Positions 48,314-57,769 of a stretch of DNA of 64,000 nt are shown one piece after another. The position numbers and the translations under genes were made by a program. Positions within the stretch are counted from its first letter, which is position 1, and each line of letters starts with the position of its first letter. Location of the stretch: positions 1 through 64,000 of the forward strand of contig CAZQXH010000007.1 of NCBI GenBank assembly GCA_964597435.1, given 5' to 3'. The stretch is from an uncultured Coxiellaceae bacterium (lineage in GTDB: Bacteria; Pseudomonadota; Gammaproteobacteria; DSM-16500). The notes beneath the pieces were generated by a model. The model had not been told where the DNA came from and ran no database searches. It saw only the letters and a list, made by a program, of their open reading frames with translations.

Positions 48314-49294
48314 ATGAAGAGGACACTTGCCATGTTCGCTCGTCGAATACAATCTCTGCTGCGGGTTGCTCTCTGTTTATTCTGGGCCGTGCCTGCTTTT
48401 GCAGATTGCCTTGGCACCTTAAGCAGTCCCTGCATCGTCCAAGATACCAATCCGAACAATACGGATCTAAAACATTTCCGTGATATGTATGACATAGCGC
48501 ATGCTTACCCTGGCAACATTAATGGTCTAAATCAAGAATGGGTTTCTGGCAGTGGTGTGCCGCGCGCTGCTGATTTTTTCAAACTAACCGAGATTATTGC
48601 ACACCTTACCCATGGCGTCGCCACCCATATCATCGATATTGATCTACGCCAAGAATCCCATGGTTATTTAAATGGTGAAGCAATCACCTTGGCCGAAAAG
48701 CATGATTGGATCAATCGCGGTAAAAGCAATGCAAAAGCATTAGCCGATGAGGCGAACTGGTTACACGAATTGAGTTCGCAAGCTTTTATTCCTGACGTGT
48801 TGTCCGCAAAAAATTTTAAAGAGGGCCAGCTAGGCGCAGGCAGCAGTATTCTCGTAAAAAGCGTGCAATCGGAAGAAGAAGTGGCAAGCGCTGCCCGTCT
48901 TGATTACGTGCGCTTGATGGTCACTGACCATTTAGCGCCGAACGATTTTACAGCCGATCAATTTGTGGCATTAGTCGATGTCCAAGATAATCACACCTGG
49001 TTCCACATTCATTGTCGCGGCGGTGATGGACGCACCACCACCTTTCTTGCCATGTATGACATGTTAAAAAATGCGAATCGAGTAAGTTTTGCTGATATCT
49101 TACAACGCCAAGCGGCCGTTTCACCTTTTTATGATTTATTTCAAGTGCAACACAGTGACCCTGAGTTAACGCGATATTACAAAGCGCGCTTAATCTTTTT
49201 ACAACAATTTTACCGCTATTCTCAAGCAAAGTTACACGGGTATAGAGGCACTTGGTCGAAATGGAGAACAGCGCATCCGTTTAAAATGAATTAA
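48314..49294 (+). CDS. Secreted CX5R (PTP-like) phosphatase. It could be a phytase or a phosphoinositide phosphatase.
   Basis: Catalytic loop HCRGGDGRTTTF. The preferred start is the ATG at 48314 (MKRTLAMFARRIQSLLRVALCLFWAVPAFA), which is signal-peptide-like. The track start at 48137 would overlap tdk. Confidence 0.65.
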   Translation: MKRTLAMFARRIQSLLRVALCLFWAVPAFADCLGTLSSPCIVQDTNPNNTDLKHFRDMYDIAHAYPGNINGLNQEWVSGSGVPRAADFFKLTEIIAHLTHGVATHIIDIDLRQESHGYLNGEAITLAEKHDWINRGKSNAKALADEANWLHELSSQAFIPDVLSAKNFKEGQLGAGSSILVKSVQSEEEVASAARLDYVRLMVTDHLAPNDFTADQFVALVDVQDNHTWFHIHCRGGDGRTTTFLAMYDMLKNANRVSFADILQRQAAVSPFYDLFQVQHSDPELTRYYKARLIFLQQFYRYSQAKLHGYRGTWSKWRTAHPFKMN

Positions 49295-49316
49295 ATAACA
49301 TGGAGTGTGAGCAACA

Positions 49317-50366
49317 ATGATCAATCCTGCTGGATTAGAAGGTTTTGAATTTTTAGAATATTGCACAGAAAATCCTGAAAAATTGCATGAACAATTTACC
49401 GCTCTGGGTTTTGCAGTAGTTGGCGAACATACAACTCAAGACGTCACGCTATATCGACAAAACGCCATTCGTTTTTTAATCAACACCACAAAAGAGAGTG
49501 CTGCCGCTCAGTTTGCAAAAGAACATGGACCCGCTGTCAGCGCGATGGGCTTTCGTGTTAAAGATGCTGATGTAGCGTTCACTCATGCGCTTAGCAAAGG
49601 GGCAAAACCTTTCACCGAAAAAACCACCATTTATAATTTACCCGCCATTCAAGGCATTGGTGGTAGCGCTATTTATTTTATCGATCATAAAAATTCGGCA
49701 GCAAATTATGCTTCTCAATTTAATTTAGAAACGGCTTCATTGCCTACCGGCCATGGCTTAACTTATATCGATCACGTTACACATAATGTATTTCGTGGCA
49801 ACATGAAAACATGGGCTGATTTTTACACGGACATTTTTAATTTTCATGAAGTGCGTTACTTTGACATTGAAGGCAAATTGACTGGTTTAAAAAGCCAAGC
49901 CATGACAAGTCCCTGTGGCAATATTCGCATTCCACTGAATGAATCTTCTGATGATCATTCGCAGATTGAAGAATTTCTCCGTGACTTTAACGGAGAAGGC
50001 ATTCAGCACATTGCGCTTGGAACCAACGACATTTATCAAAGTGTCAGCACATTAAAAAACGATCGCATTGACTTTTTAGACACATTAGACACCTATTACG
50101 ATTTACTCGATAAACGTTTGCCAAACCATGGTGAGAACACATCTAAATTACGTGAATTACGCATTTTATTGGATGGCGAAACGAAAACGAGCAAACGATT
50201 GCTACTGCAAATTTTCACAAAAACCATGTTAGGCCCCGTTTTCTTTGAAATCATTCAACGTAAAGGTGATGATGGTTTTGGTGAAGGTAATTTTCGTGCC
50301 TTATTTGAATCGATTGAATTAGATCAAATTCGTCGTGGTGTTTTAGCCATTGGAGAAACAAAATGA
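49317..50366 (+). CDS. hpd: 4-hydroxyphenylpyruvate dioxygenase (legiolysin-type).
   Basis: 349 aa, with the HPPD two-VOC-domain pattern and similarity to Legionella Lly. Confidence 0.9.
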   Translation: MINPAGLEGFEFLEYCTENPEKLHEQFTALGFAVVGEHTTQDVTLYRQNAIRFLINTTKESAAAQFAKEHGPAVSAMGFRVKDADVAFTHALSKGAKPFTEKTTIYNLPAIQGIGGSAIYFIDHKNSAANYASQFNLETASLPTGHGLTYIDHVTHNVFRGNMKTWADFYTDIFNFHEVRYFDIEGKLTGLKSQAMTSPCGNIRIPLNESSDDHSQIEEFLRDFNGEGIQHIALGTNDIYQSVSTLKNDRIDFLDTLDTYYDLLDKRLPNHGENTSKLRELRILLDGETKTSKRLLLQIFTKTMLGPVFFEIIQRKGDDGFGEGNFRALFESIELDQIRRGVLAIGETK

Positions 50367-51352
50367 AATTAGCGACCTTAAAAAATCAAACGCGTGATGG
50401 TTCATTGGTGGTCGTTAATCGCGATCTTTCCTTGGCAACGGAAGTCAAAGACATTGCACCGACACTGCAAGCGGCCTTAGATAATTGGGAAACCGTCGCA
50501 CCGCGTTTGCAAACGGTATATGACGCATTAAACGCAGGAAAAGTTGCAAATACCCTTCCTTTCTCGGAACAACCCATTGCAGCCCCGTTACCGCGCTCTT
50601 ATCACTGGGCTGATGGCAGCGCTTATTTAAACCACGTGGAATTAGTGCGTAAAGCACGGGGCGCTGAAATGCCGGCTAATATGTGGGAAGACCCACTGCT
50701 TTATCAAGGGGGTTCCGATACCCTGTTGGGCGCCTACGATGCCATTCATTTAATTGATGAAGCACATGGTTTGGATTTTGAATCGGAAGTTGCCGTCATC
50801 ACGCGCGATGTGCCGATGGGCGTGAGTAAAGAAAAAGCGACTGACTATATTTGTTTAGTAATGTTAGTAAACGATGTGTCACTCCGTAATCTTATTCCCG
50901 CCGAACTAGCAAAAGGGTTTGGTTTTTATCAAAGCAAACCCTCGAGTGCCTTTTCTTCCGTTGCTGTCACACCGGATGAATTTGGCGACAAATGGGATGG
51001 TGGCAAAGTGCACTTGCCGCTAGAAACCTATTTAAACGGTAATTTATTCGGCAAACCGAACGCAGGCATTGACATGGTGTTTGATTTCCCGGCACTCATT
51101 GCGCACGCTGCTAAAACACGCGCATTATCGGCAGGCACGATTGTCGGCTCGGGTACCGTTTCAAATTACGATCGCTCCTTGGGATCATCGTGCTTGATGG
51201 AAAAACGCATGCTAGAAATTTTAGCGGATGGCAAAGCAAGCACACCTTTCATGACCTTCGGAGATGAATTACGCATTACCATGCATAATGAAAAAGGTGA
51301 ACCTGTATGCGGTGAAATTCGCCAAACCGTAAAAAAATATCAAGCGGCTTAA
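50363..51352 (+). CDS. Fumarylacetoacetate hydrolase family protein.
   Basis: FAH-fold motifs. It sits between hpd and maiA. Confidence 0.75.
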   Translation: MKLATLKNQTRDGSLVVVNRDLSLATEVKDIAPTLQAALDNWETVAPRLQTVYDALNAGKVANTLPFSEQPIAAPLPRSYHWADGSAYLNHVELVRKARGAEMPANMWEDPLLYQGGSDTLLGAYDAIHLIDEAHGLDFESEVAVITRDVPMGVSKEKATDYICLVMLVNDVSLRNLIPAELAKGFGFYQSKPSSAFSSVAVTPDEFGDKWDGGKVHLPLETYLNGNLFGKPNAGIDMVFDFPALIAHAAKTRALSAGTIVGSGTVSNYDRSLGSSCLMEKRMLEILADGKASTPFMTFGDELRITMHNEKGEPVCGEIRQTVKKYQAA

Positions 51353-51367
51353 CGAAAAGGAAATCCC

Positions 51368-52012
51368 ATGCTCAAATTGTATGATTATTTCCGCTCTAGC
51401 GCCTCATTTCGCGTGCGCATTGCGCTGCACTATAAAAATTTGCCGTTTGAAACAATCCCGGTGCATTTAGTCAATGATGGCGGTGAACAGCATACCGCAG
51501 CGTATCAAGCCATTAATCCGCAAGCATTAGTGCCAAGCTTAGTCATTGAAAATCAGGTACTCACACAATCACTGGCCATTATTGAGTACTTGGAAGAAAC
51601 GCATCCGGAACCGGCACTTTTACCTAAAAACCCGCTTGATCGCGCTTATGTGCGCAGCATCGCTTGCAGCATCGCAGCCGACATGCATCCACTCAATAAC
51701 TTACGCGTTTTAAATTTTTTATCACAGGAAATGGAAGTGGGTGATGAGAAAAAATCACAATGGTATCAACATTGGATGCGCATCGGCTTAGTCAGCTTGG
51801 AGCGTTTGTTAAAAGAACGTAAACGCAGTGGTCAATTTTGCTTGGGCGATACCTTTACGTTGGCGGATGCTTTCTTAACACCTCAACTCTTTAACGCACG
51901 CCGCTTTAATTGTAAACTGGATGACCTGTCAACCTTGGTAGCCATCGATGCGAATTGCCAAAAACTTATTGCCGTACAACAAGCGTGGCCGAAAGAATGG
52001 GAGTCTGCATAA
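51368..52012 (+). CDS. maiA: Maleylacetoacetate isomerase (GST zeta).
   Basis: N-terminal GST thioredoxin fold with the SSASFRVR motif (zeta-class signature SSCSWRVRIAL). Confidence 0.8.
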   Translation: MLKLYDYFRSSASFRVRIALHYKNLPFETIPVHLVNDGGEQHTAAYQAINPQALVPSLVIENQVLTQSLAIIEYLEETHPEPALLPKNPLDRAYVRSIACSIAADMHPLNNLRVLNFLSQEMEVGDEKKSQWYQHWMRIGLVSLERLLKERKRSGQFCLGDTFTLADAFLTPQLFNARRFNCKLDDLSTLVAIDANCQKLIAVQQAWPKEWESA

Positions 52013-53124
52013 TGATAAGCCATGATTTTCGTGAATTAGCGAATGGCTTTATTCGTCAATTAACGCCGTATCAACCCGGCAAACCGTTAGAAGAATTACA
52101 ACGCGAATTGGGTATTGATGATGCTATCAAATTAGCCAGCAATGAAAATCCGCTAGGCGCGAGCCCTGCCGCAATCGCCGCAGGAATGAACGCACTCAAT
52201 CATGCCCACATTTATCCCGATGGGGGTTGCTTTGAATTAAAGCACGCCTTAGCCAACCATTTGCATGTAAAACCTGAACAATTAACCATGGGTAATGGTT
52301 CAGAAAATATCTTAGAATTAATTATTAAATCTTATCTGCATGCTGGCGATGAAGCAGTCATTTCGCAATATGCGTTTTTAACGATTCCCCTGTTATTACA
52401 AAGTTATGGTACTAACGTGCGTGTGACGCCTGCCAAAGAGTACGGCCATGATTTGAAAGCGATGCTCGCTGCCATTACCGATAAAACCCGCGTCATCTTT
52501 TTAGTTAATCCTAACAATCCAACCGGCACTTACACCCGTATTGAAGAATTTGAATCGTTTATGCAAGCTGTGCCAAAACACATTGTGGTAGTAGTGGATG
52601 AAGCGTATTCAGAATATATTGAAGCAGAAAACTATCCCAACACATTAAGTTATCTGCCGCATTATCCCAACTTAATCATCACGCGCACTTTTTCTAAAGT
52701 GTATGGACTCGCTGCTGTGCGCTTGGGTTTTTCCATTTCCTCATCTGAAATTGCGGATATTTTAAATCGCTCACGCCTACCCTTTAATGTTAACAGCATT
52801 GCCGCCGCCATGGGCATTGCGGCTTTATCCGATGACGAACACATTAAAAAAACCGTTGCATTGAATCGTTTAGGATTAATGGAATTAGCGCAAGGATTAA
52901 ATGCCTTAGCCATCCCGTTCATTCCTTCTATTTGTAATTTTATGACGGTAGATGTTGGCGATGGTAAAGCGGTTTATGAAACATTGTTACAAGCAGGCGT
53001 CATCGTGCGCCCCTTAAATGCGTATGGTTTACCCCGTCACATTCGTGTCACCACCGGTACTAGTGCACAAAATCAGCGTTTTTTAACAACGTTAAGTGCC
53101 ATTAAACAATCAGGGATGTTATGA
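52012..53124 (+). CDS. Histidinol-phosphate / aromatic amino acid aminotransferase (HisC family). It probably supplies 4-hydroxyphenylpyruvate.
   Basis: PLP class II fold; the lysine motif lies in TFSKVYGLAAVRLGF. The start ATG at 52012 overlaps the maiA stop (TAATG). Confidence 0.8.
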   Translation: MISHDFRELANGFIRQLTPYQPGKPLEELQRELGIDDAIKLASNENPLGASPAAIAAGMNALNHAHIYPDGGCFELKHALANHLHVKPEQLTMGNGSENILELIIKSYLHAGDEAVISQYAFLTIPLLLQSYGTNVRVTPAKEYGHDLKAMLAAITDKTRVIFLVNPNNPTGTYTRIEEFESFMQAVPKHIVVVVDEAYSEYIEAENYPNTLSYLPHYPNLIITRTFSKVYGLAAVRLGFSISSSEIADILNRSRLPFNVNSIAAAMGIAALSDDEHIKKTVALNRLGLMELAQGLNALAIPFIPSICNFMTVDVGDGKAVYETLLQAGVIVRPLNAYGLPRHIRVTTGTSAQNQRFLTTLSAIKQSGML

Positions 53125-54440
53125 CAATAACGTATCTACATGGCTTAGGAAATCACCACGAATCCAGTGCAATCAATGGTGCGTTGGTAGAAGGTTGTAA
53201 TTCACCGCAAAAAGTTCCATTTGGTTTATATGCGGAACAAATCAGCGGCTCAGCCTTTACGGTATCGCGTGCGAATAATTTACGTAGCTGGGTTTACCGC
53301 ATTCGCCCATCCGTTTTACACGGCGAATACCGCCCCCTTTCGCATCCTAATTTTCGTGGTGCACCCTTTAGCACAGACTATACGCCGCCCAATCCCATGC
53401 GCTGGAACCCCATGCCCTATTCAGAAAAAAAGCATGACTTGATCGATGGGTTATTCACTCTTGCAGGTCATGGTGACAACGCCCAGCAGACTGCAACCAG
53501 CATTCATTTTTACACTGCCACTTGCTCCATGCAGCGCTATTTTTCCAGTAGCGATGGCGAATGGTTAGTGGTACCGCAAGAAGGTGCATTACTGTTTCAC
53601 ACTGAATTCGGTTTGCTGGATGTTAAACCCGGTGAAATCATTGTTATTCCGCGCGGCATTAAATTTCGCGTCACGCTATTAGATGAAAAAGCCCGCGGGT
53701 ACATTTGTGAAAATGGTGGTTTACCGTTTCGTTTGCCGGATTTGGGATTAATTGGTGCCAATGGGCTTGCCAATCCACGTGATTTTAAAATTCCAACTGC
53801 TGCGTTTGAAACGACGGAAGGCGAGCTTGTGCACATCCAACATTATCAAGGTCGGTTATGGCAAACCGAGTTAACGCATTCGCCATTAGACGTGGTTGCT
53901 TGGCACGGCAATTATGTTCCCTACAAATATGATTTAAGTTTGTTTAATACCGTTAACACCGTGAGTTATGATCATCCCGATCCTTCTATTTTCACAGTAT
54001 TGACCTCTCCCTCTGCCCATCCTGGTATTGCACACGTGGATTTTGTGATTTTTCCACCACGCTGGATGGTTGCCGCGGATACCTTTCGCCCACCTTATTA
54101 TCACCGCAATGTCATGAGTGAATTCATGGGTTTGATTTACGGTGAATATGACGCAAAACCCACTGGTTTTACGCCAGGCGGAGCCAGCTTACATAATGCG
54201 ATGGTTGCACATGGGCCGGATGCTGAAGCTTATGAAAAAGCGATCCAATCGAACCTTGCGCCCCATTATTTAGATAAGACCTTAGCCTTTATGTTTGAAG
54301 CCCGCTCGCCCTGGTATATGACACAAAATGCCTATGAAGCACCCTTCAGACAAAATAATTATCAATCCTGCTGGCAAGGCTTATCTTCGCACTTTAAGGC
54401 CCAGGGCACGGAAGGGGCGACCCACAATTTGTCGGTCTAA
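53121..54440 (+). CDS. hmgA: Homogentisate 1,2-dioxygenase.
   Basis: 439 aa with HGD family similarity throughout. Confidence 0.9.
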   Translation: MTITYLHGLGNHHESSAINGALVEGCNSPQKVPFGLYAEQISGSAFTVSRANNLRSWVYRIRPSVLHGEYRPLSHPNFRGAPFSTDYTPPNPMRWNPMPYSEKKHDLIDGLFTLAGHGDNAQQTATSIHFYTATCSMQRYFSSSDGEWLVVPQEGALLFHTEFGLLDVKPGEIIVIPRGIKFRVTLLDEKARGYICENGGLPFRLPDLGLIGANGLANPRDFKIPTAAFETTEGELVHIQHYQGRLWQTELTHSPLDVVAWHGNYVPYKYDLSLFNTVNTVSYDHPDPSIFTVLTSPSAHPGIAHVDFVIFPPRWMVAADTFRPPYYHRNVMSEFMGLIYGEYDAKPTGFTPGGASLHNAMVAHGPDAEAYEKAIQSNLAPHYLDKTLAFMFEARSPWYMTQNAYEAPFRQNNYQSCWQGLSSHFKAQGTEGATHNLSV

Positions 54441-54449
54441 TTCGTAATT

Positions 54450-55142
54450 TCATGGCCGACAACGAAGAACATTTTCCTCTCTGTTTTCATTCTTCGCTGA
54501 GTGTTGAATATCCAGTATCCTGGCTAGTTCGGTCGCATTCTTATCTGCCACACCCAGGTTATTTATAAATCTGATAAAGGGAATGCAGTTCTCCCGCGCG
54601 TAACGTTCGGCGCTGTCAGCCATAAGCTTTTTTTGCGTATCATATTGCCTGACGCTTTCAGAATCATTGTCATCGCTGCGACCGCGCTTTTCCATGTAGC
54701 TCAGCCAGGTCGCCTTATCTGTTTCAACTAGCACCAATACATCGGGCCGGCACGATTCATCAACCCAGTTTCGTTCGGATAATGTTTGCAATTGTGACTT
54801 TTCCTGGGTGTTTATGAGGCCATACCACCACTGCATACTGGTTGCATTAATCAATTCTTTATTTACTAAAAATATACCAGCATCAGCCACGGTTTTATGG
54901 CCTTGTTTTGCTAGCGCGCGGGCTTCGCGGAATTTACTGACATTGGAGCGACATACCCAGTTTTCTATTCTGCCGACCTGCTCCCTCCAATCTTTATTAC
55001 GATCAATGTCCCATTCGTCTTCACCTGGTTCAATGAATACTTTTGCACCGATCTGCTCCGCCAGGGATTTGGCCAGCGTGGATTTACCTACGCCGGGGAG
55101 GCCGATTAATCCGATAAACATGCCTTCCGTTCTATTCTGCAT
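54450..55142 (-). CDS. Deoxynucleoside kinase family (dNK, dGK/dAK-like) P-loop kinase.
   Basis: P-loop GLPGVGKST plus the dNK motif LVLVETDKATWLSYMEKRGRSDDNDSE, compared with B. subtilis dGK FIIYIKASLPTLLHRIEKRGRPFE. Confidence 0.6.
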   Translation of the reverse strand: MQNRTEGMFIGLIGLPGVGKSTLAKSLAEQIGAKVFIEPGEDEWDIDRNKDWREQVGRIENWVCRSNVSKFREARALAKQGHKTVADAGIFLVNKELINATSMQWWYGLINTQEKSQLQTLSERNWVDESCRPDVLVLVETDKATWLSYMEKRGRSDDNDSESVRQYDTQKKLMADSAERYARENCIPFIRFINNLGVADKNATELARILDIQHSAKNENREENVLRCRP

Positions 55143-55450
55143 TTAAGGTTTCACTCCAATTAATTTGGTAAAAGAAACGACCTGGACTACCTGTAAAGTG
55201 AAGCCTAATTTTTAAGTAGCAAACCATGCAAGGCTAACGTCAATATCAGCAACAATTATTTTGATATCGTATCGTTAATTACACCGTTAAGTTTTCGGTA
55301 TGTGAAGCACTTCCATCACGCGGCGCGAAACAACCGTTATCAGTGCTTGTTGGTGGAAAAGCATCGGTCGATATTGTATTTCTACTGACTTACCGGCCCT
55401 TTACTTGTTTAAGTTTAGTGCAATAGGTGTATATTCGTCTAGAAAGTTCA

Positions 55451-55549
55451 TTGAGTTTTGGTCGAATACCACCTATACTACATTTAGCTCATCTACCATG
55501 TGTAGAAGGAGTAACGAAGCCGTTCGCAAGGGCGGCTTTAGCTTTTTTT
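55451..55549 (+). ncRNA. Candidate small RNA of about 64 nt. A near-consensus sigma70 promoter (TTGAGT-17-TATACT) is followed about 40 nt later by an intrinsic terminator. The RNA is convergent with, and overlaps, the 3' end of gene 55538..56041.
   Basis: -35 at 55451-55456 and -10 at 55474-55479. The terminator stem AAGCCG/CGGCTT spans 55517-55538, followed by a T7 tract at 55543-55549. The transcript carries a 5-bp hairpin TCTAC/GTAGA and an AAGGAG with no start codon after it. Confidence 0.35.
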
Positions 55550-56041
55550 GGTACCATTGGCTTTACAATAATCCTCATATTCTTTTAATAATTTTCTCTG
55601 ACGATGAGGTTGCTCTACTGGGTATGCAGTCCAGGGAAGTATATAATTATTACGTTCTGCCAAGATAACCAGATAGCTTTCTTTAGCGAACCACAGACAA
55701 ATTCTCCGCTCTCCATTGCGTTCATTTTGCCAAATTTTAATATTTGAGTTGTCGTTACTTTCAATAATTGGGCGTGGCCAGCGTATACGCTCACATCGCC
55801 TTATATCAGGAATTCGCTCGCTTTCTATCGCCCCCTCCTGAATCATGTGCCAAAAAGTTGCTTCCTTTCCATTTATCTCAGGATGGCGCTTTAAACCTAA
55901 TCGTCTTCCTTGAAATACTGGCTTTGTATCAACGAAATCATTCTTAAACCATGAATAAAGAGCATTTAGATATGCATCCCAATCTCCGCTATGATCCGTG
56001 AACAGAACAAGTGGCGGCAATACAAATGATGAACTATTCAT
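55538..56041 (-). CDS. Hypothetical protein (about 167 aa), translationally coupled 2 nt downstream of the DUF3800-like gene.
   Basis: The ATG at 56041 (MNSSSFVLPP) is preferred; the track start at 56065 is a TTG. No recognisable domain. Confidence 0.45.
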   Translation of the reverse strand: MNSSSFVLPPLVLFTDHSGDWDAYLNALYSWFKNDFVDTKPVFQGRRLGLKRHPEINGKEATFWHMIQEGAIESERIPDIRRCERIRWPRPIIESNDNSNIKIWQNERNGERRICLWFAKESYLVILAERNNYILPWTAYPVEQPHRQRKLLKEYEDYCKANGTKKS

Positions 56042-56043
56042 TA

Positions 56044-56751
56044 TTAAATCTCCGTCGCATGCCAACGGAAAAGATTAATCTTTTCTTCTCTTAATAAGGT
56101 TGTTTTTGTCAAGCTATAACCTGATCTTTGCCGTATTCGATTAATAATTGCCACTTTTCCAGTATTAGTATGTAATTCTCTATTAACATATGAAATAGCA
56201 CCAATTAATAAATCCGCTAATTGCAATTGTTCAATTTCATTAGAATGCACCAACTGCAAGCGTTCAATTATCTGTCGTGAAAAATCGTACATGTTGTTGC
56301 ATAGCACTTCATGCAACTTATGAACCTTTTGAGCACCTCGTGTATCTTTAATATCTAAATAAATTCGATAACAGTTATGTGGCCAAAGAATAGCTTTCAA
56401 CATATCAAAGTACATTTTGTAGTACCAACTGTCATGATCTTGGCCAAGAAAAGCGTCATGGCGTAATAAGGTTTTATCGGGAACAATTAAGGCGCGGAAA
56501 CGTACATCATCGTTATCAAAAAAATAATCAATAATATCCAAATAGAGATCAGTTTTAGCAGGAGATACTTTCACCCATTTAATTTCAAAATTGGGTGATA
56601 ATCCATGTTTCTGCTTGATTTCGCGAACACGGGTCGCAATTTCTCGAGTTTTATCTAATGGACACCAGATAGCACCCAGCACCATTACCTTCTGGCTATC
56701 GTTTTGCAAATGACAAGATTCATCGCAATAAACATTCATAATCTGCGCCAT
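56044..56751 (-). CDS. DUF3800-like protein (235 aa).
   Basis: The N-terminal M(AQI)MNVYCDES motif resembles the DUF3800 start (xIYIDESG). The ATG at 56751 has GAGAGG 6 nt upstream; the track start at 56754 is a GTG. Confidence 0.5.
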   Translation of the reverse strand: MAQIMNVYCDESCHLQNDSQKVMVLGAIWCPLDKTREIATRVREIKQKHGLSPNFEIKWVKVSPAKTDLYLDIIDYFFDNDDVRFRALIVPDKTLLRHDAFLGQDHDSWYYKMYFDMLKAILWPHNCYRIYLDIKDTRGAQKVHKLHEVLCNNMYDFSRQIIERLQLVHSNEIEQLQLADLLIGAISYVNRELHTNTGKVAIINRIRQRSGYSLTKTTLLREEKINLFRWHATEI

Positions 56752-56965
56752 CACACCTCTCTATCTGGCCTTGAGCCACTTCCATTAAATGGGCAATAAT
56801 TTCAGGCAAATAAACCAAAAAAGCAAGCTAATATACAGCAAAATCCTAGCCCACTCAGATTAAGCTTTTTAAGAGCGAAATGCTTTCTATCGGCTAGAAT
56901 ATAAGTATAGTATTTAGGAACTAAATGATTAATTATTTGCCAAATTTATGAAAAGGGGGGAGATT

Positions 56966-57760
56966 ATGGCACTAAAAAAAGTATCTAAATACGTTGCCAA
57001 GCCCGTGGACGACAATGGTTACACGCAATATACACCAGAAGAAGATGCCGTTTGGCAGGAATTAATTACCCGTCAAATTCCCATTGTGACGGGGCGTGCT
57101 TGTGATGAATACATGCGTGGCATTGAATTATTGAACCTTTCGCACGATCGGATTCCGCAATGCCCTGATGTGTCTAACGTGTTACGCGAAACAACGGGGT
57201 GGGCATTAGCTCCCGTCCCTGCCTTGATCCCATTTGATCGCTTTTTTGAATTACTAGCGAATCGCCAATTCCCGGCAGCTACCTTCATTCGTACCCGCGA
57301 AGAGTTAGATTATTTGCAAGAACCTGATATTTTCCACGAAATTTTTGGCCATTGTCCCATGTTGACCAACCCCGCGTGTGCGGATTTTACCCACACGTAC
57401 GGCCAACTCGGGGTCAAGGCAAAACATGAAGATCAAGTGATGCTTGCGAAGCTTTATTGGTTTACCATTGAATTTGGCCTGATTCAAACAAGGCAAGGTC
57501 CGCGTGTGTACGGTGGTGGTATTTTATCTTCCAAAAATGAAACACAATATTGCTTGGAAGATCCCCGCGTCATTCGCAAACCGTTTGATGTGCTGGATGT
57601 CTTACGGACCCCGTATCGCATCGACATCATGCAGCCTGTTTATTTTATGATTAGCGATTTTAATGATTTGTACCGATTAATTGACATGGATTTAATCGGT
57701 TTAATTAATGAAGCTCGGAAAATGGGCATGCATACCCCACTTTATCCGAAAAAAACATGA
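56966..57760 (+). CDS. phhA: Phenylalanine 4-hydroxylase.
   Basis: Biopterin-dependent aromatic amino acid hydroxylase catalytic domain, 264 aa. The ATG at 56966 has the RBS AAAGGGGGGA. Confidence 0.9.
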   Translation: MALKKVSKYVAKPVDDNGYTQYTPEEDAVWQELITRQIPIVTGRACDEYMRGIELLNLSHDRIPQCPDVSNVLRETTGWALAPVPALIPFDRFFELLANRQFPAATFIRTREELDYLQEPDIFHEIFGHCPMLTNPACADFTHTYGQLGVKAKHEDQVMLAKLYWFTIEFGLIQTRQGPRVYGGGILSSKNETQYCLEDPRVIRKPFDVLDVLRTPYRIDIMQPVYFMISDFNDLYRLIDMDLIGLINEARKMGMHTPLYPKKT

Positions 57761-57769
57761 GGACCCAAC

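Noticed and set aside
55405-55668. 87-aa plus-strand ORF in the DUF3800-island gap
   Set aside because: It runs straight through a sigma70-like promoter and an intrinsic terminator (the sRNA candidate) and overlaps the 3' end of the minus-strand gene. It has no RBS, so it is most likely spurious.
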